Origin: Takakia lepidozioides
Lineage: Eukaryota > Plantae > Bryophyta
Direction of reading: 5' to 3'
Length of the DNA stretch: 64,000 nucleotides
Assembly: GCA_030704615.1 (NCBI GenBank)
Contig: CM060732.1
Coordinates: 4,526,001 to 4,590,000 of the forward strand
The notes below the pieces were generated by a model. That model was not told the origin of the DNA and made no database searches. It was given only the letters and a program-made list of their open reading frames with translations. Position 1 is the first letter of the stretch; each line of letters begins with the position of its first letter. Below are positions 1 to 12,735 of the stretch, one piece after another. Both the position numbers and the translations under genes were made by a program.

Positions 1-3000
1 TGTTATCTAAGCCCAAGGGCAATCTCCTATGTATCCAAGTACATCTCCCATGTCAAGGCCCAATTTATTTTTTCCCATGAATTTATTGAGTAGTAATATA
101 TCCAATCATTATTGATATATCTCCCGTCGAAGCTCCAATAATTGTCCCAGGAAAGCCCACTTTGCTATTTTTCGCACCCTCCTCATCAAGGGCTTTTCCA
201 ACGGTACCAAGCACCAAGGCTGGGAACCCGCGGTCGGGAGATCTCAACGCTACAAAACAAACAAAACAAACAAACAAACTACTTTGCGTCATATATTGAT
301 ATAGACATGAGCAACTTGGGTATGAATTTGGTATGAATTTTATATTTTGGGCTATGTATGAATATGGTACTGGTACCGTTATTTTGTTTTTTGGATACTG
401 GGGGTATATGAGCACCGGTATGGTATTTCATCGACATAATATCTCGCGTGATGTCAAAACCATTTTTGAGATTCGATCACTAAGCTCGTTGATCTCCTGG
501 AATCCACGTCCATATGTCGTGATGTCAGGGAACATTGAAGGAGCCACACCCTACTACAACATAGGCGCAAAAACCTAACGCCATCGCCATATTCATACCT
601 AGCTCTATCCACCTTAAAATTGCCACAATACTGGTATCGTGACCACACTGCACTTGCGCTTACCCAGACTGGTATTGTATGTGTGGGGGGAAATCCTAAA
701 GACATACTCCCCACAATACGTGGCCTGATCGTAATGAGGCCGCACCCTGCACAGGGGACAAGGACCGACAGTGGCCCCACTACATTTAAACGGTCCCTAT
801 TACCCTGTTTCTCTTATATATGAAAAAAACAACAATTTGTTGGCATGGTGGAGATTGTGGTCTGGTGGTAGGTCGACGGTGAGATAATGATGTAGGTGTT
901 GGGTTCAATTCCTCAAACGCAGTTCCATTGGTTGGCGCTGACTATAACTACTTCCATGGAGGTAGTTTGTAACCACTTTCATGTAGGTAGTTCAGCTTGG
1001 TTTTGCAACTACGTTCATGTAGAGAATCCTAAAACTATGTGTAGAGTGGACTGTCCACCAGCCCAATGGGCACAACGCAGGTGGGCAGTAATGGACTAGA
1101 GGGCAGGAATTATGTCTTGAAGTGGAACTTCGATATTTCCTAACACAGGATCGCTGCTAAACCAATGTTTGTGAACAGAAGTATCAGTTAGCTGGCTGAC
1201 AAGTTCAGGAAACTCTTGCCATGCTCAATATGTACCAAAATCATTTGATGGGGCCCTTCAATGACCGCTTTAGCATTTTGCTTTTAAGAAATTCGGAAAA
1301 CAGCACGAGTGGCTACAGAGTTGTGCAAAAAATAGCTGTACATTCTGCTCATCCAAAATGCATCCACCTCTGTACTTTGATCCATTTATATAATTCATAT
1401 TTGGCAAATTCATCCATAATTTATTTTTTATTTGGAGAAATTTGGCGATTTCATCCATGAAAAAACAAGGAATTTGCTACAAAATATTCCATTTTAGTTT
1501 TTGTGGTCGAAATCTGGCAATAAATCACCAATTAAAAAAAACGCTGGACCGAATTTGCTCTTCAAGGAAGGGCTACCTACATATTGCAAAAAGTAGGACT
1601 TCCTCCCCTTTCCTTTTATTTTTTTCTTTAAAAAAAAAGTGCCCTGCACAGGCTAAGTTATGTTATTTGGCAGCCCCTCACACTGAAGGGCCTACAAAAC
1701 CTTTCATATAATGTAGGCCGGATGTCCTGTTCACCCTTGGGGGTGAAGGGTACATGAAGTATTCTATTTTGAGTGGTTATTTCTGGACGGCCCTTCTGTA
1801 TAGGAGAAGGGTTGAGACCCTTCTCCGGTGTAAAGAACCATGATATTTTGAGTACCTTCCGCCCCTTAATTCCCCTAATGTACGAGGCGACCCGTTTCGG
1901 GTCGCGTCAGGGTCGCGTCAGATATCATCCACGATGGCATATCGTTGGATGACCTTGGATGAAAAAAAAAATTGAACAAAAGTTGTGCGCCTTGATGTCA
2001 TGCACCTGCCTGTGTTTATGGCACCCTAAAATAATAAAAGCCCTGCTGTCAATAATTTTTCTAGTGTGCAGGGGTACCCAAAATTGGCCATCCAGCAGCT
2101 TTGACTTAGCGACGTGGCAGGCTGAAGGGGTGACAACAAGGCAAAGGTACAAATGGAAACAAATGCAAATCTCTGCCTGAATTTTTGTTAGAATTCTGAA
2201 TTTCTTTTTGGAGGTAATAGTTCATCATTCAAGGAACACTTTCACCACAACAATTGTGATTCCAAGGAAATTTCGACCCCCCTAAGCCTGAATTACATGT
2301 CATTTGAGCTTCATGGTGTGTTTTACCCCCCCTGTTTTTCCATACAAAACAACCTTATCAAGATTTTGGAATTCTGAATTTTTTTTTTTCTCATTCTCAA
2401 AATAAATATATGATGAACAGAGGCGGTGGCGATGTAGCTCCGTAGTTTGCGTTGAGTGAGTGGGAGTGAGAGAGACGTTCAACGGTTCCTTCAGCCTCCA
2501 CGGAAGCTCAGGGTTTCTCTTGCTCAACCCTGCAACTAAGCTTCAAGTGAAACCTCCCCCAAAAATCCTTCCCTAAGCTTTTGGTAATCATAATCATCCT
2601 TTCAAGCCTTCCAGCCAGGGTATCTAAGGCGAAACGCGCTCCTATGTTCCGCTCACACCTGGAAGCCCCTTCTTAAGTCAACCCTCGATCCTATGGATGT
2701 CCTATGAAATACGGCAACTTCATTGTCCGGTCTCCTCAAGCACCCCGCTGCTTCACCTGATTCTTGTTTGATGAATCTCGTCCTTCATCCCCCCCCCAAC
2801 CACCTCTGAAATCATGGTTTCATGATTCCTCGGGCTCAATAACTCTAGCCGCCAAGCTCATGTCCTATCTATTCATTACAGGAACTCTCCCCCTCCTCGA
2901 AAGGCCCCGGTAACTAGCAAGCTCGCTCGCTCGCAGGCTTCTCCCGCGCTCTTGCCAGCTCGCTTTCTTCTGAGACTCCCATCCTTATCCTCACCCGTGA

Positions 3001-3465
3001 GCTCCTCTCTCAACCCATCTCCACCTTCAATCTCTTCTTGCAATTCCTCTGCTCCCTCCTCCCCTGTTTTTTTCTAATTCTTGCTCTCTTTTTCCTTATT
3101 CACCCCAGTCTATCTCCTTCCTTGTCATCTGCTTGGATCAAGTGTCGCGGCCCTTTGCCTTGGGGGTCGGGACACAAGAAGGGCTGCCCTTGTGGTGGGG
3201 GCAGTGGCAACAATAGGTATGGGGGCTGAAGCACCCTTGAGTGCCCAAGGCACTCAAGGAGGCAGAGGCACTCATTAGGTGGAGCCCCGCACACCGGGTT
3301 GCGGTGGGGGTGGTTCCACGAGGGGTGGTGGTATCTTAGTGGGTCTTAGTGGGGGTGGCATAGGACTCGCCATGGGGCGGAGACCTTGTGGTGGGAGTCG
3401 TGGGGAGTCTTGGGACTCATCACGGTCCATTGGGGCAGTGGTGGGTGGGCCAAGACTCACCGCGA

Positions 3466-4743
3466 CTGCCACGATGGCCCGCTTGCGGGCCACTGCGGAG
3501 CCAAGTGCACCGTGGCACTCTTGAAGAAAGAGTATTTCTAGCCCAAACTGAGGGAGGAGGCCGAGGAGTATGTCAAGACATGCACCACATGCCAACAAAA
3601 CCGGAGCGAGTACAAAAAGCAAGCGGGGCTGTTACAACCCTTGCCGATTCCAGAGGGGTCTTGGGAAAGTGTCTCAACGGATTTCATGATTGCTTTACCG
3701 CTGTCAAAAAGATTCGATGCAATCATGGTGGTGGTGGATAGGTTCAGTAAAATGGGTCATTCCATTCCAACCAAAGAGACGGCAACGACAGAGGAGACGG
3801 GGTGACTTTACGTCGCCCACGTCTTCAAGCATCATGGACTCCCGAAGGATATTGTCTCGGACCGCAATCCTAAGTTTACAAGTAAATTTTGGAGAGCACT
3901 TTGGAAGAAAATGGGGACGAGGCTCAAGATGAGCACGGCCTTCCGACCTACAACGGACGGCCAAACGGAAAGAGTGAATTCCGTGATGAAGCAAATCTTA
4001 CGGAATTATGTGTCGGCAGACCAATCAGACTGGGTGGAGCACTTGGATGCGGCAGAGTTTTGTTATAATAACACAAAACACTCCGCAACGGGAGTTTCCC
4101 CTTTTGTATTGGTCTATGGAAAAGCACCTATGGTGCCGACAAGTTGGGCCGCCCAAGACGTTGAGGAACCGGCAGCAGCGGCGGTGCTGGAAGAACGCGA
4201 GCGTTTGTTGGAGCTCGCAAAGTACAACATTGCCAAAGCTAGGAAACGGTATGAACGACAAGCAAATCGGAAGTGGAGGGAAGTTAAGTTGAGGCAGGCA
4301 CGGAGGTCTGGTTTAATATCAAGAATTTTCGACTACCTCCGGAAGTGAGTCCAAAGTTCATGCCTCCGTATGCGGAGCCTTTTCGCATCCGGAAGGTTAT
4401 GAATGAGGATGTGTATGAATTGGAGTTGCCGGCAAATAGCAAGGTGCATCCGGTATTCCACGTTTACCGTTTGAAGCCTTACTTCAAAGATGAAGTGCGT
4501 CCGAATCGGCATCAAGTGTTGCGTCCGCCACCTGTGCTGTTGGATCATGAAAATGAACCTGAGTACGAGGTGGAGGCAGTGTTTAAGTCAAGGAGGTTCA
4601 AGAATCAAGAAACGGAGTATCTCGTGAAATGGAAGGGCTATCATCAAGTGGAAGCAAGTTGGGTGCGTGCCTCAGAAATGGGAAACGCATCCGAGGCGGT
4701 TACAACTTTCGAAGGGCGACCTCAAAAGCGGAAGAAGCGTTGA
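3466..4743 (+). pseudogene. Retrotransposon integrase plus chromodomain (stop and frameshifts)
   Basis: HHCC region (CHDGPLAGH...CTTCQ), MSTAFRPTTDGQTERVN, GPY/F-like KVHPVFHV, chromodomain YEVEAV...EYLVKWKGY...ASW. Confidence 0.93.
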
Positions 4744-5649
4744 TGGGGACATCAACCTTGGAGCGTGGGGGAGAAAATGCATGCTTAGTCCGGCTTAGCT
4801 AGCTCAGGAATCCGATTGCAAAAACTTGTGTTGTACAAAATTTTGTTTATAAATGAAATGGTTTCCAAATGTTGTGCTTCCTATTTTGTTTGGAATGGTG
4901 ATGCATGGTATGGTTGGCTAGTGTGTAGAATGCATGCTAGCTTACAAAAGTGGGAGAGGTAAATTGGATTAATCGTGTGTTTGTGTAGTGCCAAAATCGG
5001 GTGACTCCCATCCAAGGGGCAAGGAAACTTGCGCCTTCTTTGGGAGTTCACATGCTAGTGCGCACCTAGCGCGTGTGCGTACTACAATTGCTCTACCGAA
5101 GGGGTTGTCTTGTAGTGCGGGCTAACGCGGAAGCTACGTGCTTCTGTTCACGTACTATAATCGAGTAACCTTGGGACGAAGTCGTAGTGCGGCTTCGGTG
5201 TGTTCCCGTACCTCAGGCCAACATTCCAAGGCATACCTAATATAGTGATTGGGGCCACGGTTGGTTCAAGGTTATCTTCCTAGTCAGAAAGGGTTCAAGG
5301 TGAACCCTTGCTCAAGGTGATGCCAAAAAGCGCTATCATGAGCAGCCGCAAGCAATGTTGTTGCAGTAAGGCGATTCGATCCTCGGGAAGGATCGTTCCT
5401 TGGCCTTGAAGTGGGCCAAGAAGAGTGCACTGGGTGGAGCTTGAGAGGCTCCACCCTTGGCCGGGACTTGGAGGAAGTCGGCCAAACTAGCTAGTGGAGA
5501 GTAGAGTCAAGTGAGGGTTTGGTTCTTTGCTATAGGACGCCATGGTATGGAAACAAACTCCTTGATGTGGGACGCCACAACTTGGATGTTAGTTTCTACA
5601 AAATGGACAAGTCGATGAGGACATCAACTCCTTGTTGGTAGGGTTGACT

Positions 5650-6363
5650 GTCGCGGCCCTTTGCCTTGAGGGCAGGGGGTCGGGACACAAGAAGGGCTGC
5701 CCCTATGGTGGGGGCAGTGGCAACAGTAGGAACGGGGGCTGAAGCACCCTTGAGTGCCCAAGGCATTCAAGGAGGCAGAGGCACTCACTAGGTGGAGCCC
5801 CGCACACCGGGTTGCGGTGGGGGTGGTTCCACGAGGTGTGGTGGTAGCTTAGTGGGTCTTAGTGGGGGTGGCATAGGACTCACCACGGGGCGGAGACCTT
5901 GTGGTGGGAGTCTTGGGACTCATCACGGTCCATTGGGGCCGTGGTGGGAGGGCCAAGACTCACCGCGACTCATCACCGGGAGTCAAGGGTCTTCGTGGTG
6001 GTTCGCCATAAAAAGACGGTGTTGTTTGTGAAACCCCCGTGGACAGTCACAGAAGTATATATAGGGAGTAGTAACCCCGAGAACGGTGCAAGCCCGTTGG
6101 TGACCAAAAACTAGTGAGTAAGCGTGCGAGCCGGAAAGCGACCAAGGTGTGGGGAGCTGTTCCGAATTGCCAACAACCAAAGGGAATTTCCACTAGGCCC
6201 AAAGTGAGCGAGGGTTTTGTGGAGGAGCAAAAGGGGACCATTATGTCCCGGTGAGCAGCCGAAGCTCTGAGTTGGCCCGGCGGCCAGTTTGGGAGTTAGG
6301 CGCGCGCATCAAAGCGAGTAACTATGACGTGAAGGGGAGCTCGCCGAAGTGAGGTGCACGACA
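5650..6363 (+). repeat. 3' LTR of chromovirus family
   Basis: Starts TGTCGCGG, ends GCACGACA; homologous to LTRs at 10478, 18627, 29695 and 31872. Confidence 0.93.
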
Positions 6364-6913
6364 TCAAGAGCCATTTCCTCTTTGTCCTCTTCTCATGTCA
6401 CCTCCATCTCCTACTATGGGTCCCTACGGCAATAGATCCCTCCGGGGTTTATCAACCAACAGTGTCCAGCTCCCCCAAAGCAGGCTTCATGCGCTCCTCA
6501 GGCCCCAGCCTTCATCGGGCACAGGGTTCTTCCTTGCGCACCAGTCACTCACGCGTAACCCGGCATCAGCCTTTTGCCCCCTCCAACCTGCCAATGTCTC
6601 TTTCAATCACAGCGTGGCTGACAGTGAAGATAACGTCCCTCTAGCCAATTTGCAAGTGAACACGCACGAGCAACTTGACGAGGTGTCTCCTCTTCAGCTT
6701 GCCATGAGCAGAGAGAAGCAAACTGTTGAAGTTGATGTGGACCACCTTGACAGCTGCATTTCTCATGTCAAGGGAAGGGGCGTCCTTTTGCACTTCCCAG
6801 GCAAATAGGTGGAAAGGGCAGACGCCAGGGATTGGGCGATCAGACATCTGGGAGGGACATGAGATCTCCACCCGCATTTCTCCAATTCTAAGGGGAAAGG
6901 ATTCTTCTCCATT

Positions 6914-7693
6914 ATGCTAGAATCAGAAGAAGCGGCAACCAAAGCAGTGTCATTCAATCCTCACCTGCATGGTCTCAACGTCAATATTTTTCCGTGGTCG
7001 CCGGCTATGGGTAACCGTAATGGAAAGGTATGGGCTCCCAGGATTATCGCACTACCCTACATCCCTAACCAGTACCTCTTCTTCCTCCCGGACATAGGGA
7101 ATCATTTCGGGGTGTATTTGGGCTGCTTGTCAGTTTTTGATCCTCTGATGTGCACGAAGGCTCTCAGGGAAGACCCAAAATGGAAACATACAACCATATC
7201 CTCAAGAGTCAATGACAATGGATTCCCAAAAATAGTGGTGGCAATGCCAGTTGATGCTACCCTGCCTGAATTCATTCGTTTGCCAATTGACAAAATAGGC
7301 AATTTTTTCTCTATTAAGGTCACCAAGGATACATCAGCAACTGCATGTTACACTTGTGGGCAAACTGGCCACTTAAGAATTGATTGTCCTAAATCCAAAC
7401 GTAAGCAAGCTGCGCTGCACCAGAGAACGCCAGCCCCACTCACAAATGCTGCAGCTGGCCACAACATTCACGCCCTCCATGGTCTACACCAGCCTTCAGT
7501 TGCTGACTCCGCCGGCAACAAGAGAGGCTCACACCTTCCCCCTGCCTCCATCCTGCAAAGATCCACTTCACCAATACACAAAAAAATAAAAATAAAATGT
7601 GGATCCCATGCTCTTGGAGGCAGCCCCTCAATGTATGCACTCCACCGCCAACCACAGTTCACAGTCAGCCCAAGAAGCAGATCCATCCAATAG
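6914..7693 (+). pseudogene. LINE ORF1 remnant with zinc knuckle
   Basis: CX2CX4HX4C motif preceded by a plant L1 ORF1-like region; upstream part broken by a stop/frameshift. Confidence 0.7.
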
Positions 7694-9062
7694 GGCGGGT
7701 CAGCAGACACCCTATGCGCCTGGAATTGCTAGAGTCACGATTGCTCTTAACCCGACAATCGCAAGGATCTGTTCCCAGCTTCAGACCTCCCCGCGCTTGG
7801 CTCTAGGGGCATGCTCACAGTTGCTACCTGTAGCCGACCCGAAAGCCACCTGCGTCACTCCACTCATCTTCAAAAAGCAACCTACACCTTCTATTCTGGC
7901 AACAGCTAAAGAGGGAGTTGGAATGGAGTCCCTATGGATTACAACGTCCGATGTTCACATCTTCATGGCAGGGTTCCCAGCAGAATGTAACCCAATCGGC
8001 ACCCTCACCAACAAGATCCAGGGATTTCGACGGTCCTTCTCGGCAAAATACTCCCTTCAGCCTCATTCAAAATTGTCGTGGGGATCATATATTGAGCAAT
8101 ATCCGGGGCTCAGTCCGGCGCTTAGCCCCTCCACCCAAATTTTGGCGCTCATCGATGAAGCTGATCTGCTGCAAGATGCCCATCCGGGGGAGAGTCTCTA
8201 GATAAACCCCCCTCCTCTCCATCAGCCTCCGACCAACAACAAATTCAGATCATCAGATCGAGGGAATTTATTCATACAGCATTCTCCCTCCTTCATGCCA
8301 AGATTGAAGAGGACATTGACAAAGACAACGACAACATGGAGCTCCAACGAGCTCTGCAGCCGATCAAGGCTTCTTACAACCCAAGAAGTACCTCCCCTCT
8401 CTCAACTTCATCCAACTCAAACCAAGACGCCTCCCCTGCCAATGCTGAACCAGAGCACCTGCCGCCTCCTCCACACCGACCCCAGCAATTCAAGGGCTTC
8501 GTTCTGCACCCCTCTCCAGCCCTGCCCTCGCCGACTCCTATCTCTACCCACATCCTCGATCATCAGGTAGGTCTGCACCAAAACCCCGTCCCTTTCCTGA
8601 TATTCTACTCTTCGCCTAGAGGGTATAACTCCTGCAAAATTCTTTGTTTGAAAGCAAGCCCCAGCTACAAAGGTAAAATCCTTCCCTCAATAGCTTCCTC
8701 TCAGGATGCGGAGCTCTTCTTTCTAACCCTTGGCTATGGTCCTCTTCCATTTAGCACCCCAATTCCAGCGAAGCTCATTCTCTTGTCCGAATTTTTCATG
8801 GAGACACCCGCCCGAGCCACACGTATCCACACAACCATAATCCCTTCTCATTGAGTCCAACCTCTCTCGTTTGCAGGCCAGGGTCCTGCCTTCCCATCCA
8901 CCATGCTCATGATCATTGAGCTTAACAAACCAGTCTCCAAAGCTCCCCACAACCATAGATGGATAACCTCTCCCCTACCCAGTGACAAAAGAACAAAGTT
9001 CAAATTCTTCCAAGACAGGCCATCATTTGAGAACTACCCTCTCAGCCTGAATACCCCTTACA

Positions 9063-10253
9063 ATGCAGATTAATCTCTCAACTTGGAACATCAGAGGGAT
9101 CGGGTCAGAACAGATGAATCTGAAGAAGATCAAGATTTGTACTTGGCTCACCCCTCTCCTGCAGACTGAGGCCTTAGTCTTCCTGCAGGAACACAAGCTC
9201 TGTCCTCGTAAAATCGACAACCTCTCAGACCAGCTTTGGCCTAAGGACGCTGCCCTCTGGAACCCTTCTTACGAAGGATCCAAGGGCGGCACAACCATCC
9301 TTCTTTCTCCTCCCCTTAAGCCTTTCCTCATCGCAAATGAAATTTGGATACCTGACCGGATTCAATTCTGCGCCCTCAAGCTTCCAGGTGACCCAAAACC
9401 CATTGGTTTTATCAATATCCATGCTTCTAACACCCCGTTCGAACGTTCCAACATGTGGCATCTCATTAATCAAAAGATTTCATCCCAAACAACAACCCAT
9501 GCTTGGGTGATAGCCGGTGACTTCAACATGGTTGAAAACAAAGCCGACAGGTTAGGCTCTGGTTCTTTAGGCCTAAACCCTGAAGAGGAAGTTCAATGGG
9601 ATTTGCTCCTCCACATCCATAGCCTCGCAGAAATCAAAAAATCCCTCAACCGTCCGGGAGGATTCAACCCCATCTTCACATGGACAAATAACCGTTGTCT
9701 CCAGGACCTCAACATGGCAAGACTTGATAGAATCTACGTTTCCCTCTCAATCTCTAATGGAGCCTCTCTTAATCCTCAGGAACCTGTGGCGCAAGGATTC
9801 GACCATGCCTGTGTTACTGCAGTCATCTCTTTGCCAAACGCTAGGAAGAAAGGTAGAGGAATTTACACCGGTCATCTGAAAAGCCAAGCCTTTAAGCTAG
9901 GGCTTCAAGATGCATGGACTCAAAACGGAAACAATATTCAATGCCCTATCCTTCGATTTCAGGCTAAGCTCTCAACAACTAGCAAAGCCAGTCAAGAAAT
10001 GAGCAAGCAGATTGCAAGCGAGCAAAAGAGAAAAGTGCTTGCTCTTAAGAAATGCTTGGGGGTTTGCCAGAAGAAAATTGAAGCCTCCTCTTGCGATGAG
10101 CACACTTTTCACACCTACCTCGAAGCCCGCCAAAATCTAGATAGCTTCCAAATCCTTCAGGAGCAAAAATTGCAGATGCAGGCAGGTATCAATTGGTCAG
10201 CCAAGGACGAAAAAATGTCGAAAAACTTCTTCGAGAAGGTAAAGCTTTGTTGA
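9063..10253 (+). pseudogene. LINE ORF2 N-terminus, apurinic/apyrimidinic-like endonuclease (RT missing)
   Basis: STWNIRG, FLQEHK, INIHAS, IAGDFN, FTW, ARLDRIYV, FDH motifs. Confidence 0.9.
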
Positions 10254-10477
10254 TCCCTCCAAAGAATCCATGAATTCTACTTGGACAACCAGGGCTCTGA
10301 ATCCTCCGATCCTAAAGATATGTGCAAGCTGGCTTTTTCCCATTTTTGATGCCATGTTCAAACAAGACCCCAGAGACCCCCTTTTCCAAACCAAGCTAGA
10401 ATCTTGTATGCTAGCAGTTCCCTCCAAGCTTCGGGAGGAGGATTTCCAATATCTGGGAGCAGAATTCACTGCCATGG

Positions 10478-12735
10478 TGTCGGGGCCCTTTGCCTTGAGG
10501 GCGGGGGGGGGGGCGGGGGGCGGGCGGGTCGGGACACAAGAGGGGTTGCCCCTGTGGTGGGGGCAGTGGCAACAATAGGAACGGGGGCTGAAGCACCCTT
10601 GAGTGCCCAAGGCACTCAAGGAGGCGGAGGCGCTCACTAGGTGGAACCCCGCACACCGGGTTGCGGTGGGGGTGGTTCCACTAGGGGTGGTGGTAGCTTA
10701 GTGGGACTTAGTGGGGGTGGCATAGGACTCACCATGGGGCGGAGACCTTGTGGTGGGAACCGTGGGGAGTCTTGGGACTCATCACGGTTCAATGAGGCCG
10801 TGGTGGGTGGGCCAAGACTCACCGCGACTCATCACCGGGAATCGAGGATTTTCGTGGTGGTTCGCCATAAAAGGATGGTGTTGTTTGTGAAACCCCCGCG
10901 GACAGTCACAGAAGTATATATAGGGAGTAGTAACCCCGAGAACGGTGCAAGCCCGTTGGTGACCAAAAATTAGTGAGCAAGTGTGCGAGCCGGAAAGCGA
11001 CCAAGGTGTGGGGAGCTGTTCCGGACTGCCAACATCCAAAGGGAATTTCTATTAGGCCCAAATTGAGAGAGGGTCTTGTGGAGGAGTAAAGGGGGACCGT
11101 TATGACCCGGTGAGCAGCCGAAGCTCCGAGTTGGCCCGGCGGCCAGTTTGGGAGTTAGATGAGCGCATCAAAGCGAGTAACTATGACTTGAAGGGGAGCT
11201 TACCAAAGTGAGGTGCGCGACACTTGGTATCAGAGCTTAGAGTTCAGTACGCGATCGTCCTTGAGATTGGCCTCAGGTCGGGCAAGCCAAAGCGAAAGCA
11301 GAACGGCCCAAAAGATGATGATCATGGTGAGCCCGATGGGGGCGACGCGTCACCAAAGCGGCAATTTGAGGAGGCGATTAATGCTTTTGAAAGCAAGGCC
11401 GCGCAAGAACGGGAGAAATCTGGGGAATCGGAGCCCGAGGACTCCCCGGAGGCTCCGGCAGACCAACAGATGTCTCCCATGCCAGCAGCCTTTTGGGAAG
11501 GGTTGTTGGCGCAGTTTGGCGGGACGTTGAAAGAAGTGTTGAAGGCGGCTAATGCCACTTCCACTAAGACAAAGTTTAAGGTGAAGCCTAAACCCAACAC
11601 CTTCGAGGGCGTCGGAAGGCACTCAACACCTGGCTCTTGGAGCTAGAGCAGTACTTCCGGGCAGCCAAATTGAGTGACGAGGATCGGGTGGAAGTGGCTC
11701 CCACCTATTTGAGGGGCTATGCTCAACAATGGTGGCAGAAACGCCTTCACGACCAAGGCCCAAACCCGGAAACCTTAAACTGGCGTGGGTTCAATGAACT
11801 TATGAAAAGATAGTTTGTTCCCCTCAACGCGTCCTGGCTCGCCCGGGACAAGATGAGGAATATGAAGCAAACGGATGACATTCGGGGATATGTTCAGGTT
11901 TTCAATGTGCTAATGCTCGAAGTCACGGATATGGCGGAACCATAAATGGTCTTCAACTTTGTGGCGGGACTGGCCCCATGGGCCAGACGGAAGTTGTAGG
12001 AGAAGCCACCTAAGACTTTGAACGAGGCAATTGAAAGGGCTGAATATTTCTTAGATGTCCCTAGGGGCAAAAGACAAGGCTGTACGGAGCTGAACCACAA
12101 GAAGACTCGGCGGGAGGGTGACTCTTTCTGGCCGGAAAAGAAGTGGGATAGGCCACGCGGCAACAATGGCACATGGAAATCGAAGGGAGGGCCTTCACAC
12201 GTCAAGGCGGCACCCAGTGCTCCAAAAGGAAAATCGGGTGTGGCGGCTTATGGCGGACAGAAGGCGACCTTCGATGGAATGTGCTTTAATTGCGGGGAGC
12301 CCGGGCACATGGCTAAGAGGTGCGTGAAACCCCGACAATTGAACATGACTCGGGCGACCACAGAGTTGTCCGAAGAGTCCATCAGCCGCTTGGTGGAAGC
12401 AGTGGTCGCCAAGACTTGCAAAGGCAACTACTCTTGTGAGTTGTATCAGGAAACTGGCGCCTTGCGTAAAGGGAGTCAGTTAATGTTCGTGAGTGGGATA
12501 ATTTCCGGAACTAACGTATTGTTCTTGGTGGACACAGGAACGTCGCACTCCTTCATGACACCGGCAACGCCACAGAAGCTGGGGCTCCCGACAAGTGAAG
12601 TGGGGGCCTCTATTGAGGTGCCATCTGCCAAAGGAGAACCACAATTGGCGACGAGGTTGGCGTTCGATGTTCCTCTTACGCTGGGGAGTTGGGAGGGATG
12701 TGAGAACTTCACCATTTGCGAGATCGATGGAGTGG
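10478..12735 (+). mobile_element. Chromovirus 5' portion: LTR (10478-11222), PBS, degenerate gag and aspartic protease; truncated by tandem array
   Basis: LTR homology, PBS TGGTATCAGAGC, CFNCGEPGHMAKRC knuckle, protease FLVDTGTSHSF; homology ends at EIDGV. Confidence 0.92.
11225..11236 (+). other. Primer-binding site (tRNA-iMet)
   Basis: TGGTATCAGAGC located 2 nt after the LTR end. Confidence 0.9.

Larger units (their letters stand above)
3143..6363 (+). mobile_element. Ty3/Gypsy chromovirus, internally deleted (part of 5' LTR joined directly to integrase-chromodomain, 3' UTR, complete 3' LTR)
   Basis: TG...CA ends with TSD TCAAG at 3138-3142 and 6364-6368. Partial 5' LTR 3143-~3466; 3' LTR 5650-6363. 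Confidence 0.93.
2500..10477 (+). mobile_element. L1-like LINE, degenerate: ORF1 plus APE endonuclease; interrupted by an LTR element at 3143-6363 and truncated at 10477 by a second LTR element
   Basis: ORF1-like frame 6914-7693 has a CCHC knuckle (CYTCGQTGHLRIDC). ORF 9063-10253 has APE motifs. The 5' boundary is approximate. Confidence 0.8.

Noticed and set aside
317-1550. Possible MITEs (GGTATGAAT/ATTCATACC inverted ends at 317-603; AT-rich element ending ~1546)
   Set aside because: Inverted repeats are short and imperfect and no TSD could be confirmed.
3279-3524. Gly-rich ORFs MEPRTPGCGGGG repeated in the window
   Set aside because: They lie within G-rich LTRs and frames differ between copies.
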